In this document: positions 1 to 13,252 of the stretch, one piece after another
How the letters are laid out: each line of letters starts with the position of its first letter
How positions within the stretch are numbered: position 1 is the stretch's first letter
Assembly (NCBI GenBank): GCA_051362555.1
Contig: CM120642.1
Location: 9,548,001-9,612,000, forward strand
Direction of reading: 5' to 3'
Length of the DNA: 64,000 nt
From: Lingula anatina
Lineage: Eukaryota > Animalia > Brachiopoda
Notes under the pieces: model-generated
Told to the model about the DNA's origin: nothing
The model's input: the letters and a program-made list of their open reading frames with translations, nothing else
Databases searched by the model: none
Program-made: the position numbers and the translations under genes

Positions 1-619
1 ATGTACTTGATTATTCGCGTTCTGTGGTGCCGCAGGAATGCGATGGAGGGGGGGGGGGGGTATCAAGTTATATCACAGAAATATATCCATTCTATCACTT
101 TGTATCAAGACAGTTCATTAGAGAGTCATAATTAGGCTTCATTGCAGAATGAGTTCCAGAGAAAGTAGCACAAGCCCTGCCAGAGTGGGAGGGTTGAGAG
201 GTGGTGGGGAGAAGGGTTCTCCCAGTCCTACACGTAGTCGACGGAGTGAGTCCAAGTCACGCACCCCAACACCCCTCAAAGGTTAGTCATAATGGCCTGT
301 GCATATGCGCTCATTTGTTTACATACAGGCAGGCAGTAATAATATGGACATATAAAGCTATATGGCAGTGGCTTATTCCTGCTATGGGTACCTTTCACAA
401 AGTGTCAAAACTTAATTGTGAAGAAGTAAAATTTTTATCACTTACTCTAAATGCTTTAAGGTGAAGTTATTTTAGTCATATTTCAGTATCTGAAGATATT
501 GTACTTGCTTTGTCTAATTTACCACAAAAACTTATGTAGTACTTGAAAAAGTGTAAAATTGACTGAAACTATGTACATTGACGTGTTTACTTCATTTAAG
601 GCTGCTGTATAAATTCCAG

Positions 620-3600
620 GTTTGAAGTCGGAGACAAAGAGAGCAAGCATCCCACCTAGTCAAAACTTTACTGAGTTGAAAGCTGCTTTGAATAAACCTG
701 TCAAACAAATGGACATGGGCAGCCCACCTGCTCCACCTAGGAGAGAAACCAGAGCTGCTGTTTCCCCACTAAGTCAGTCCAGACAGAAAGTTCGACAGGT
801 GGCACCACCTACAATTAGTACTGATCTATCACCCTTATCTAGTAACGGGACAATGCCATTAAAGGCAAATAAACTTAAAGAGAAACAGGGTGGTGGTAGC
901 ATTTCTTCTATGGTGGGAGAAACTCCAGTGAGAATGAAGGCAAAATCTGGCAAGACCGATACATCCAGTGCTGGTGAGCGAGATGATGAGTCCACTGACA
1001 CTGACACCACAGAAATCTACTTTAAAACTAGCATAAGGAGAAGTCCAAAGTCCAGAGCTGACAAACATCTTTTGAATGGCAATGCTTCTAGCTATTCCTC
1101 CTCTTCATCAGATGGGGAATCTGTCTATGATGATGAGAAGTCAGACCGTTCTCAGGTGAAAGTGAAAAAGCGGAAGTCATCTAAGGGTTCTCCAAAATCC
1201 CCAGTGGCTAAGAGATTGAGAACATCAGACATGGATAAAAATGTGAAGGTTACACCAACAAGAAGAGCCAAAACGGAGGGCATGGCGCGCTCGGCAAGCA
1301 TGAAGAAAATACGTAAGAGAAGAATCATTTCATCTGTGTGCAGTAAGTAATATATCTAAACTTTTCCATATGGAATAAATTAAACATGAAGAACAATTAA
1401 ATCGTTGAGATATAGGCCTTAAAAATATCTGTATGTGTTCTGTAGATTGAACATATAGCTTGAAAGATACATTGCCTAAAATTAAGTGTTCTATCAATTG
1501 TTTTTTTTTTTTTTTTTTCATTAAGACAAAAATGTCCTTACTTTTTTCAAAGTCACGTGATTGCCTTTTTTTTTACTAGTATTTGAGCATTTTCATCTCA
1601 AATGTTCTTTTAGATGGTTTAAGAGTGCATCATTGACAGCGTACAAGTTTCAGCTTGGTCACTAGGTTTTGATATATTTGGATTCCTTTGTGATTTCTGA
1701 TTTTGGCCAAAAACAAGATCTTGTGATTTGCTATTTAATTCCATTAATTGTTTACAAACATAGATGGAAAACATGTTGGTGGTGACTCCACAACTTGCAC
1801 AGAAACTGAGCTTGATACTGAAAATGAGTCGGAAAGTCGCAGGAGGAGTAAGGCTGGGTCTACGCACAGTACAGACAAACCCCAGGACGACAAGACTTTC
1901 TGGGAAGGACAGGAAGTGTTGGTGACTTGGAGTGACGGCCTGTTGTATCTGGGAACTTTACTGAAGGTAATAGTTGCCATAATATATGTTAGGCAATAGT
2001 TGCCATGGCAGCCCCACAGCCATGCTATCACATTTATTTGAAGTCTAATTTGAACTGAAAATTTTTGTTACTTGAGTGATATATGTTCTTTTAATTGGAC
2101 TTCAGGTGGACTCCAAAGTAGAGAAATGTTTTGTGAAGTTTGAGGATGACTCCTGTTATTGGGCATTGTTTAGGCACATACAGAGAGGTAATATTTTAAC
2201 TTCAATATACACAGGTATTCAAGACAGAATATCTATAATGACTCACCTTGCTTTGAATATTTCCATAGGAATTTAAGATATTCTGTTACAAGTTGAGTGT
2301 CATCATGCATAATTTTTGTTTAGGTTCTATTATTTATCATTTGGCCATTTCAAAATTAATTTTGGACAAATCCTGAGTAATTTATCAATCAAAAGTAACC
2401 ACAAGAATATAACTGCTTACAAATTCCTGTAGATGAACTTATATTTTAGATGTTTTGCTAAACCAAAACCTAAAAAAAAACTGATCTAGATGCTGACATG
2501 GTAAATCAGCACTTATTTTACAATAATGAATAGAAAGTAATTCCAGTTAAATTCACAGGGCCCAGCCAGGGAGAGATCCATTGTTGTACTTGCCAAGGTG
2601 AAACCTCCGAACAACCCAACGAGATAGTGCTGTGTGACAACTGTGGTCTAGGTAGGTGTCTCTAGTGTTGTGTGACAGCTGTAGTCTGGGTAGGTGTCTC
2701 TAGTGCTGTGTGACAACTGTGGTCTAGGTAGGTGTCTCTAGTGTTGTGTGACAGCTGTAGTCTGGGTAGGTGTCTCTAGTGCTGTGTGACAACTGTGGTC
2801 TGGGTAGGTGTCTCTAGTGTTGTGTGACAACTGTGGTCTGGGTAGGTGTCTCTAGTGCTGTGTGACAACTGTGGTCTGGGTAGGTGTCTCTAGTGTTGTG
2901 TGACAACTGTGGTCTGGGTAGGTTTCTCTAGTGCTGTGTGACAACTGTGGTCTGGGTAGGTGTCTCTAGTGTTGTGTGACAACTGTGGTCTGGGTAGGTC
3001 TCTAGTGCTGTGTGACAACTGTGGTCTAGGTACTCTAGTGTTGTGTGACAACTGTGGTCTGGGTAGGTGCCTCTAGTGTTGTGTGACATCTGTGGTCTGG
3101 GTAGGTGTCTCTAGTGCTGTGTGACAACTGTGGTCTGGGTAGGTGTCTCTAGTGTTGTGTGACATCTGTGGTCTGGGTAGGTGTCTCTAGTGCTGTGTGA
3201 CAACTGTGGTCTGGGTAGGTGTCTCTAGTGCTGTGTGACAGCTGTGGTCTGGGTAGGTGTCTCTAGTGTTGTGTGACAACTGTGGTCTGGGTAGGTGTTG
3301 TTGAACAACTCGGGATTCATATCTCAGTAGCCTTTATTTCACATCATCACATCATACATAAGACAAATGGTGAAACTAAAAAATAATGAAAATAAACACA
3401 ATGAATAAAAATCAAAATGATAGTGCTAACAATGGAGTACAATTAATGGTGAACATGAGCAAAGTAAAGGCACAATTTATGATACTATAATGAACAAATA
3501 AATAATTAAATAATAATAACTTACTCGAATTGCAGCTACATAAACTTGGAGAAAATCCTGTTATTCAAAATAAAAAAAAATGTATACATATACGATGGGC

Positions 3601-6600
3601 TTGCCCCCATGCGTATCTGTGATAAAATCATACGATGGGCTAGCCCCCATGCACATCCGCTGCTAAATCACGAGTGGTCTCCACCCCAGTATGATCTGCT
3701 CATTACTCCCAAAAATAATTGGCCCATAACAATGGGTCACTGGTAATATAATCTCAAAACTTATACAATACTACTGTTCCCTAAATGAAACAAACAATGA
3801 TAAATACTGATAATAATATCCTAATTGCAAATAGTAATAATAATAACAATTATTATCTAAATACACTTGTTTTACTTTTCAACTTATTTTGCTGCATGGG
3901 TCGGCAACAGGTGTCTCTAGTGTTGTGTGACAACTGTGGTCTGGGTAGGCGTCCCTAGTGTTGTGTGACAACTGTGATCTGGGTAGGTGTCTCTAGTTAG
4001 TCTATGTTGGTGTGATTCTCTGGTGAATTAATGGTGTGATTTAGATGAAATGTATGTAAGGTAATTACTCTCTAATCATGAACAGGTGTAGAGAAAATTG
4101 GTAAGTTAAAATTGCCTAAATTAGTGTTGTTGATAATATTAGAAGGTAATTGAATAGTCCAGATGAACAGATTGAGCTTGTCTGCTTTATCAGAAAGTGA
4201 AAATGATGAGTCTTAAAAACTTAATTTATTTGAATAACAGTGAATGCAAGTGAAAATTTAAGAAATATTTTTATTTACACTTTAAGATGTTTCTGCGGTA
4301 TGATCTTAACTGCAAATTGTTTTAGTACTGAAGTTCTTGACTTGTTTAGGTTATCACCAGGAGTGCCACATCCCACCAATAGAGAGTGATATTCTGAAGC
4401 CTGATGTCCCCTGGCTGTGTAGGCAGTGCGTATTTGCTACCAGTTACAAGGTAAATGAAATCACTGGGCTCTGATTTTATTTGGTTGGTTTGGTAAATTG
4501 TAACAATCTAATGAATACTTTGTTGACAACTTGACAATTCTGATGAATTTGTCTCAGGCATGATTTAGAGTGATAAGAAAATGTATTTAGAAGTGGCAAG
4601 GTAACCTTACAAACAAGGATCATGGAAGGGGGGGGGGTTGCTTCTGGTGGAAAAATGCCAAGAAAAAAAAATAGGATTTCCAATTAAAAAATATATATAT
4701 ATTTCTAGTACATTTTAATAAAGTTTTTTTTTATGTCTTCCTTTACCTGTTTCTGAAGTAAAATAGTTTTTGTTGTGCATTTTTGGTAAGTCTAATACAG
4801 AAATATTTAGTAGTATAATATGATTATTAGTTAAAAGTACAATATGGTTGTATTTCAGAAAGGAACGTATCAAAGAAAAGGTCCCTTGAAACCAGTGAAA
4901 AGAGTTTTGCCATATGCTGTAAGTAGGCTATAGTATTTGGTCTTATGTTTCCTATATCATTAAATGTGGACTTGATGACTTGGTAATTCGAGTTTTTGTG
5001 GTAGCAGCTTTTGATGACAACTGTTTAAATAAAAAAAAGGTTTAAGGGATAAATGTGTGTCATTATCTCCAATTTGATTTTAAGAATTTGTATTTTTATG
5101 CTGATCAGCTAATGATGGCCTAAGTTAAGTATAGATGTACATTATTATCTTGGCAACAAGTTTAACATGGCTTGCAGAACATATTCAGATCATTCATCAA
5201 ATTGCAAGCTGAAGCAATAATTTTTGATCCCTCATTTCTGTTACCGTTGGCAGCCAACCTAAAAAAAACTCTTCTCAGGAGATGACGAATAGCAAGTTCC
5301 TACAACAGTCTGTGCCATAAACTTGTCAGCTTACTACCCATTCTAACCACTAGTATAGTAAAATCTATTAGTGCCAATCAGGATTCACTGGTCTGAATAA
5401 AATTGTCCATAAGACTGGTCATTACCCCCTGTTGCATTAATTTTAGCAATAACATAATAATATTATTATCATTAAGAATAGTCATGTAACAGTTATGTTT
5501 TAGAAATAAATTAAATCAGATCTAAAGCTCTTTTGAAAAATATAGAAAAGATCTAATGACCATGTTGAACCACTGAATTCACATATTCTGAAAAAACAAC
5601 TGGTCCAAACAAAATGTTACTGGCCGGGGGTGTAGGACCAGTGGTTAACATCACAGACTGCTGGGATAAAAAAGGTTAAAAAGACCACTTCCCACACCAG
5701 CTCTGTCATCCTTGTTTATTGACAATATAGTCTCTGTCAAACAGCCAGCACAGGGTGATATTGTTGTCATTGTTGACATTGTCATTGAAAATGCTGTTGT
5801 TTTTCAGATGAGTACATTAAACTGGGACACCCAGCACAAGACCAACAGTGACCAGCGATACTGTTATTGTGGGGGGCCTGGGGAGTAAGTTTGCTCTCAA
5901 AACTTCTTTCAGTATCTTGGGATGCTGCAACACTGAATGTTTCAGTCAGATGTGAAAGTATAAAATGATTTAGCTTTTTCAACACAATAATGTAAAGAGG
6001 CATTGTATTTATTAATGAGTGAAAACAATCCTGCAAGGAAAAAATAATAATGGTCTGTGTTGAAATGATGTTACCAAAAATAATCGAAATTAGTATTAAA
6101 ATGGATGTTTTCTCTTTCAGTTGGTACATGAAAATGTTGCAGTGCTGTCGTTGTCGGCAGTGGTTCCACGAGGGTGAGTGCTCACCTCATCTGTGAAGCA
6201 GTAACCAAATCTCAGAATACCTTTTGAAGTAACTTATTATAGATTTTGCTAGGGTGTTGCAAGTTATATATAAATTGGAAAAAAAGCTTTCTGACAAATT
6301 GATCATTTTAGATGAACATAGTTGGCACTGAAACAAATTGTGCGGTGCAGTTCTATAGAAATTATTATTAAATTTATTATTGTTATTATTATTATGTTCA
6401 CAATTCCTGTGTTATTCCAGCATGTACCCAGTGTTTGAGCTACACCTTGCTGTATGGGGACAGGTTCTACATCTTTGTTTGCACTATGTGTAATGGAGGC
6501 ATTGAGTATGTCAAAAGACTGGAACTCAAATGGTATTGAAAACTTTTGATACCATTTTGTGGTGATAAGACAAAATAATCATCAAATTAGAGTAAAATAA

Positions 6601-9600
6601 AACATTTCTCTCTCTAAAGACAAGGTAGAACATTTTAGCTTATGTAGAAAACTGTATGGGCTGCCATCAGCCTATATGTTATAATAATTTATATATATTA
6701 GATTATAACTATTTTTGTGAAATGGCCTGTGTTGTTTTTCATCTGTTTTATGAATGTACATTAGTGTATCTAGATAAAACATTTGATAAAGTAAGGTATT
6801 TGTTGACTAATTTTTATTCAACTGTGACTTATCAGAGTGCTGACCTTGACCCTTTGACCTTGCCCTCATTTTAGGATGGATGTGGCCCAGCTTGCCTTGT
6901 TCAACCTTACACTGCAGCACAATAAGAAGTATTATGACTTTGATGAGAATTTTATGCCCTGGATAAACCAGAACTGGGAGAGACTACAGGTCAACCATGT
7001 GAGTGTGATATTATTTTTAAAAAAATTTGGCTTGCTTTTGTAGAAGAATAATATATATTAGTATCGGATTTAACATATTGGGGTGGCCACATTGAATTAA
7101 TTTCAGCTTTTTGTGAAATTTTTATTGGCTCTTTGAAACCAGATTTTGCAATTCTTCTAAACAATAAATATTTATATGTTATTCCAAAAACATATTGATA
7201 AAAATATAGCATTATGATGCTGTGATGGTTGATGTGACTTTGTTTTCTCAGGACTAATTATTGCTGTTTGATGATTGTCTTTGTTACAGTGTCTTTCACT
7301 TTGCATGTTGGTTTCTGTGGATTTATTGAGGCAGTTATGAATGCTGTAAGCTTGATAGGAAGAAAAAATGGTTCTTAAGAAATAGGCATTTGGTTTATTT
7401 TTTTGGGCAAATATTCTGCAAATAAGAAATCCAAAATTCTCATTATATTTATATTATTAACTTCCCAGCTGGACAGTACCACCCGTGGTGAGAGGGCCAG
7501 AACCTTGCTGGAAACACTGCAGGGGAATAAAACAAGGTATTGTAGTTATACCAGGTGTCAAAATGAGCATTTAGCTTATTGCCTCCTTTAAGAATTACCT
7601 AAAAATTCTTATTTAAAGAATTACTTTGGTGTAACATTTTTTTTCATTGGTATAATTAGCTTCTCTGAATGTGAAAACTTAGAATTTGGGCATGGATTGA
7701 ATAAGTTTTTTATCAAGCTCTGATTGTTTTCTTTTGAATTACCCAAAATTTGCTGAAAACTGAGGTGAATCTCAATCTCTTGAAAAACAGTGAAAAAAAA
7801 ACTATTTTAGTGCCTTGGATAGACTGGCAAAAGGAGTGTTTCACTCTGCTGGGCAGAAGGTGATGCCAACATGTTCTTGTTGTCTGTCTTCACAATTGGT
7901 GTTAACGTTATTAAAGGAGTAGATTTTATATAAAAATTTCCATTTTGAAATCTAACCCCATTTTACTTTATTAATAGTACTCTGTGCATTGATTTTGGCA
8001 AATTATCTGTGTCCATATATTCAATACAGCTGTTGTCGTTTTTTCAGGTTTGCGTGGGGGCGTGAAATCAAGAAGAAAGTGACTTTATGGGGTCTGAGGG
8101 TGCGCCTCCCTCCCCCAGCTCCCACCGTTATTCTCCCAGAAGATGGACAAATAACAGATGAAGTTATGAATAACTTGCAAATGAAAGGCAGAAAAACAAA
8201 AACTTTTGTGCCAATTGAAAGGTATGATAAATCAATCAGAAATTTGGCAGAAGACGATGGTGAAATATATTTCTTTATCTTTACACTCTATATTTTATGT
8301 ACAAACAGCCATGTTCTGAATTTTCAGATTTGTATGATTACTCTTTTGTGTTCTGTACAGTCTCTACATATTTGCCAAAACTTGAAATAGAAACCCCAGC
8401 TTCAGAATTAAAAGGTACTCTCCATGGGTTTGAAAATCCCCTGCTTATTTTTGCCATCCACAGCTTCTTATAAAACCTTGCATACACTAAATGAAAACGA
8501 TTTAACCCCTTAAATAATTATTTCTGGAGCATACCTGATGTTGATATTACCATTGGAGCTTGAGAAGCTGGTCACTTGATATATTGACTGGCCAGTCATT
8601 CAAAAATAAATTAACCTTTAATCCCATGGAGTTGCCCTTTAAAAATAGATAAGATCTAGGATAAACTTATTGCATTTTTCTTACTATATTCCCTTCCTTT
8701 TTTAGCAACTCGCCCATACCCCTAAAGCACCCAAAGCACCCTAAAAGAAAGTGTGACAGTGAAGATGTAGAGGCAAGAACTAAACTAGCCAAGGATATGT
8801 TGATGAAGGCATATGCAAAGGTAAGTGAAAGGTCATGGCAAAGTGATAGGTAGACCAAGGTTTGTTACAGTAGTTATTTATTATTATTCACCTAGAATAG
8901 TTCTCAATTTTGATAATATGTTGGCATATCAGGCCACCCAACAAGCTCATGTACCGATTATACGCTGCTGGAAATCTGAAGATTATAAATAATTCTCATT
9001 TACTTTCAGGGAAATATGCGCAGGTTTATCAGTGCCAACACTACCTACAAAGGTTACAACGGAAACATGTCTGTGTATGATTTCCATGACGAGGACTCGG
9101 ATGTTGATACCAACAACAACGACGATGACGAGAGCGAATATTTGGAAACTTCATCTCAGAGTGCTCTTGATTACTTCATTCCTCGCCCCAGTAGCTACGA
9201 GGGATACAATCACCCTTTTAAGACTGTTGTGGAGAGAAATAAAGAAATAGAGCAGATAGAATTAAAGGCGAGGATTTTAGATTGGTACCAAAATGGGGCC
9301 ACTGAGAGCGAGCAGTCGCAGGAAGAGGAAGACGAAGGGGAGTCCGTTTTTTCAGATCTCCAAACCGGGCAGACCGTCATGGCGTCAGCTTCGTATGTTG
9401 CTACTGGCAGGACGAATGGACTAGTCGCCACGCCCCCTACCTCAATAAACGGCAGCCCAAGGAAGAAACGCGGGCGAAAATCTCGAGCTGAGAAGCTTCG
9501 CCTCGAGGCCCTGGCTCATCTTGAGGCGCAGGCAAAAGAGGTGCCACAGTCTCCCAACAGGGGGCGTTGTCGTAGCTTATCACAGCCACCTGTCCGAGAA

Positions 9601-9819
9601 CAACAAACTCAGCTATTCACCAACGCCGTGGATCCAGCTCAAATCAACGGCGTGCGCAAAACTGAGGTGAATCTCAATCACTTAAAGAACAGTGTAAAGA
9701 ACTATTTTGGTGCCGTGGATAGACTGGCAAAGGGGGAGCGTTTCACTGTGCTGGCCAGAAGGGTGACGCCAGATGGGAGAGTGCAATACCTCGTGGAGTG
9801 GGAAGGCATGGCGCCTTAA
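620..9819 (+). CDS. Pcl: Polycomb-like protein (Pcl/PHF19/MTF2/PHF1 family, PRC2.1 accessory subunit); multi-exon, 5' start probably upstream of the window
   Basis: Frame-consistent GT-AG exons: 620-1342, 1764-1966, 2106-2187, 2559-2651, 4350-4450, 4859-4918, 5808-5884, 6121-6173, 6421-6532, 6875-6998, 7469-7536, 8048-8221, 8706-8820, 9010-9819(TAA). Domains: Tudor ([20 protein letters not shown]...[12 protein letters not shown]), PHD1 (CCTCQG...[16 protein letters not shown]...WLCRQCVFA), PHD2 ([28 protein letters not shown]), winged helix ([19 protein letters not shown]) and C-terminal chromo-like domain ([11 protein letters not shown]...[20 protein letters not shown]). This domain order is the MTF2/PHF19 order. 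Confidence 0.93.
2625..3298 (+). repeat. 38-bp tandem repeat (~18 units) derived from the 3' end of the Pcl PHD1 exon plus its splice donor
   Basis: Unit tagtgYtgtgtgacaactgtggtctRggtaggtgtctc starts at 2625, 2663, 2701, 2739 and so on. The first unit overlaps the exon ending at 2651. Two more units lie at ~3910-3996. Confidence 0.95.
3299..3909. mobile_element. Probable solo LTR inserted in the 38-bp array
   Basis: 611-bp segment that begins TGTTG and ends CAACA, flanked by a 5-bp direct repeat GGTGT (3294-3298 and 3910-3914) inside one repeat unit. Confidence 0.75.
7756..7868 (+). pseudogene. Degenerate intronic copy of the Pcl chromo-like domain coding segment
   Basis: aaaactgaggtgaatctcaat...actattttagtgccttggatagactggcaaa...tttcactctgctgggcagaagg aligns to 9657-9771 with small indels. 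Confidence 0.85.
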
Positions 9820-10594
9820 AGGAAAAACTGCCATAACAGTTAACTGGAAAAAAAAACAATACAAAGATTTTTTGTAGTGGCTATAGACCTGTGACTTAAA
9901 ACAAGTACCGTGAAGGTTGTTATTAATGATGTTTTAACGCAGCCAAACGAATTGTGCAGACATTTTTTTTTTTACAATACCTTCTGGTACTGCATCAAAA
10001 TGTGGCAGTTCTTAAACCTGGTTGGGACTGACGATCTCTTATTCACCATGAGAACGAACACTTCGTATAACTGCATATATTTGAAAACGAAACTATTCAC
10101 AGTTATATCAATTATAGACAGATTTACATTACAGAGTCTAGTGAAATGGCACTCGTTTATACTTTTCTTATGGTATATAAATATTGATAATCTTCTTACA
10201 GTAATACAGAAAAACCAGCGTCATTTTAAAGTATTAAATATAATTTGTACGTCTGTTGTTAAAGGCGGATGTATTTCACTTCTGTCATGGAGTATCAGTA
10301 TTCAGTTATAGATAGTGAAGTACAAGTTGAATATATAACTTAAAATTTCAGCTGCAATAGTATCTTTTTTCCCCATATAACTTCTTAAAGTGTGAACGGT
10401 TCTGAAATGTAATGTTTCCATACAGAAGTAGCATCAGACTAATTGACTTCCCCAATTCAAAATGTTCGTCAGTTTTTTATCATAACATTAGGAATTTGTA
10501 ATGAATCAGTTTTATTTTAAAGAAATGAAAAATAAAATTGTTACGATGTTTATGATTAGAGTATGATTTGTATTTTCGTTGAGGCAGAAATTGA

Positions 10595-10870
10595 CATGAG
10601 AACGAATACTTTTTTATCACTGCATATATTTGAAATCGAAACTTTTCATAGTAATATCAATTATAAACAAATTTACATTACAGAGTCTAGTGAAGTGGCT
10701 CTCGCTTTTATCTTTCTTATAGTAGATAAATATTAATGAATTTTTTTACAGTCGTACAGAAAAGCCAGCGTCATTTTAAAGTACTTAACATACTTTGTAC
10801 GTTTATTACTAAAATCGGGTGTATTTCACTTTAATGATGTATCAGTGTTCAGTTATAAAATAGTGAAGTA
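10595..10870 (+). repeat. Local duplication of Pcl 3' UTR segment ~10047-10320
   Basis: Shared strings catgagaacgaa, ctgcatatatttgaaa, tttacattacagagtctagtgaa, ccagcgtcattttaaagta and cagttata..tagtgaagta. Confidence 0.8.
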
Positions 10871-11462
10871 AGTTATAAAAAAGTTTAATATTAAGCTTTA
10901 ATCCTTTGCAGTATCGATTATATATATATATATTTATGATACATAATATATGATTAAGAATATATATCGGTAAAGCCCTGTGGGTTTACAAAGTCACCAG
11001 CTTTACCATGAGTTATATCAGAGCTTTTCTGACCTGGAAGAAGTTAACGAGAAACTTGTTGTGCTCCTGTGAAAGTCTGTGAAGAGCACTCAAGGTCTCT
11101 ATTTAACCACCTCCAGATCAGGAAAGATGCAATCGCTCATTTTCCCTTTTGATACCATTTTTGCCTGAAATTTCATAAACTCAGCAGTGAAAAAAAAGTG
11201 ATACTCATCTTCTACTTTTTCATTACAAAACATACACATTCTATCTTCCAACTTCTTTTAATTTCCCGTAGACCCTCAATTTTGACTCTTTAGCAGGGCT
11301 TCCTTCCACGCTCTCTCTTAAATAATTAAACCTTAAATAATTTATCCTTTATAACAGCGATAAAACAAGTAACTTATTCATTAAACCAATGCTTTCACTT
11401 CATACGTACAGAAAGCTGGTGGTCCATTACTGGATTTTATCTACTTGCTTAGAATCATAATC

Positions 11463-11692
11463 ATTACCTCCGCCAAGGAAGTTATGTTTTTACCCCTGTT
11501 TGTTTGTCTGTCTGTTTGTCAACAACATAACTCAAAAAGTTATGGACCGATTTCGATGGAATTTTCAGGGTAGGTGGGGAATGGGTTACCTTAGAAGAGA
11601 TTAGTTTTTGGTGGTGATCTGGATCAATAATCAATAATAATCAAAAATCGCTGCCTTGGCGGAGGTCTGCGCTCTCGGAGTGCTTTTCTAGT
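11463..11692. mobile_element. Short non-autonomous Helentron/HINE-like element
   Basis: ttacctccgccaagg...(tgtc/tgtt)n...cataactcaaaaagttatggaccgattt...ccttggcggagg...cttttctagt with a subterminal inverted repeat (cctccgccaagg/ccttggcggagg). Same family at 12650-13021 and 51061-51294. Confidence 0.75.
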
Positions 11693-12649
11693 TATTACTA
11701 TAATGCAGCATAGAATCAGGGCATGTACTACATTCTACACAAATCGATAAGAAGTGTATGTTGTTTTCATTAAATATTAAAGAGCTACTCGTGTATATTG
11801 GGAGAATTGTAGGTAAAGCAGAATTGATATTTCTGAGAAGTAAATGTCATATCGAATTTGTGAAGGATTAAGAAATAGTTCAGTCTAAACATGATTTCAA
11901 TTTTATACCATTACTATGCTTAAAAATGAGGGAACTAAACCAACTATTATGTTGCTGGTAGATTTTATGTAATGGAAATAAAGACTTACGAGTGCGCCTT
12001 ATTTTGAACAAGCCGAAGGTGTACAATTTTCATGACCTTATAGCCCGTCTTTAGTGGCGACGTCGACGCACAGGTGAATGCTTTGTTAATATCCCAACGT
12101 AAGTCAATAGTGAAGGTGCACTGCATCGATTATTATTAAAAAACTTGGAGCAATCATTGGAAAAACCTTTTTACAACCATCAATAAACGTAAAGGAGCTT
12201 TTTTCGTTGCATGGATATGTCACTAACGTCGAACAAGGTTTTTCTTACGTCATGCGATGCATAGTGATAAATAGAGACTGCGTGAACATTTTGCCTCGCT
12301 AAAGGACCTTAATTTGCGCTTTTAAGACCCTTCCAAAATTGGATATTTAAGCCATATGAACGCATAAGGTAGGAACTGTAATATAATTATTATAACTTTT
12401 TAAATAGAAATTGAAAAGTAACAGTTGTATAAAGGTATTTAAGAAGTGACACAAATGTTATAGATTTCACTTTACCTTGATCGATCCAAGTATACAGTAT
12501 CTATACACGTCCAAGATTGTATAAATTGGTGGCATGTGTTTTTTTTTCGGCAACTTCTTTTAAGATTATTAACATATGCAGACCTCAAGGGCTAATATAC
12601 CAGTATCTCTAAGATCAGGAACAAATACCTTTTTACCAGTTCAAATTAA

Positions 12650-13021
12650 TTACCTCCGCCAAGGATGTTGTTTTCACTCCTGTTTTTCTGTTTGTCATCA
12701 ACATAACTCAAAAAGTTATGGACCGATTTTGATATAATTTTTTAGAAGTTGTTAGAAGTGGACCAAGGGAGAGATGATTAGTTTTTGGTGGTGATCCGGA
12801 TCAATAATCAATCAAAAATCAATAATCAAAAATCAATCATCAATACAACTCAAAAAGTTATGGACCGATTTTGATGAAATTTTCAGGGTATGTAGGTCAG
12901 AAATGGGTTAACCTAGAAGTGATTTTGGTGGTGATCTGGATCAATACCCAATCAATAATCAATAATAATAAAAAAATGCTGCCTTGGCGGAGGTATGCGC
13001 TCTCGGAGTGCTTTTCTAGTT
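12650..13021. mobile_element. Same HINE-like family, with duplicated core
   Basis: Same termini as 11463-11692; the core ctcaaaaagttatggaccgattttgat occurs twice. Confidence 0.75.
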
Positions 13022-13252
13022 ACCTTATATTTCACAACTGAAAAGTAAAATACTGCTGCAATGAGAATATCTCGATTTATCACACAATACATTCAAAATA
13101 CGTCAATCGGATTCACTAACATTTCTTGGGATTAGCAGGGCACGTCAAACTCCATTATACAAATATCAAAGTAGTCGCAGTAAAGTACAGTTAACTATTG
13201 GCCTAGCGTTGATAAAACCGTCCTGGACAGAATGCCAATAATAAGTGCTCTT

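Noticed and set aside
20-464. GC-richer segment and 87-aa ORF at the window start as an ncRNA or Pcl first exon
   Set aside because: No recognisable RNA family motif or convincing coding signal; left unassigned (possibly a repeat remnant).
2625-3298. 38-bp repeats as a CRISPR array
   Set aside because: Units are head-to-tail with no unique spacers, derive from a host exon junction, and the DNA is eukaryotic with no cas genes.
9910-10311. 133-aa ORF after the Pcl stop
   Set aside because: GTG-start, AT-rich 3' UTR sequence; the frame is not preserved in its duplicates at 10595 and 20260.
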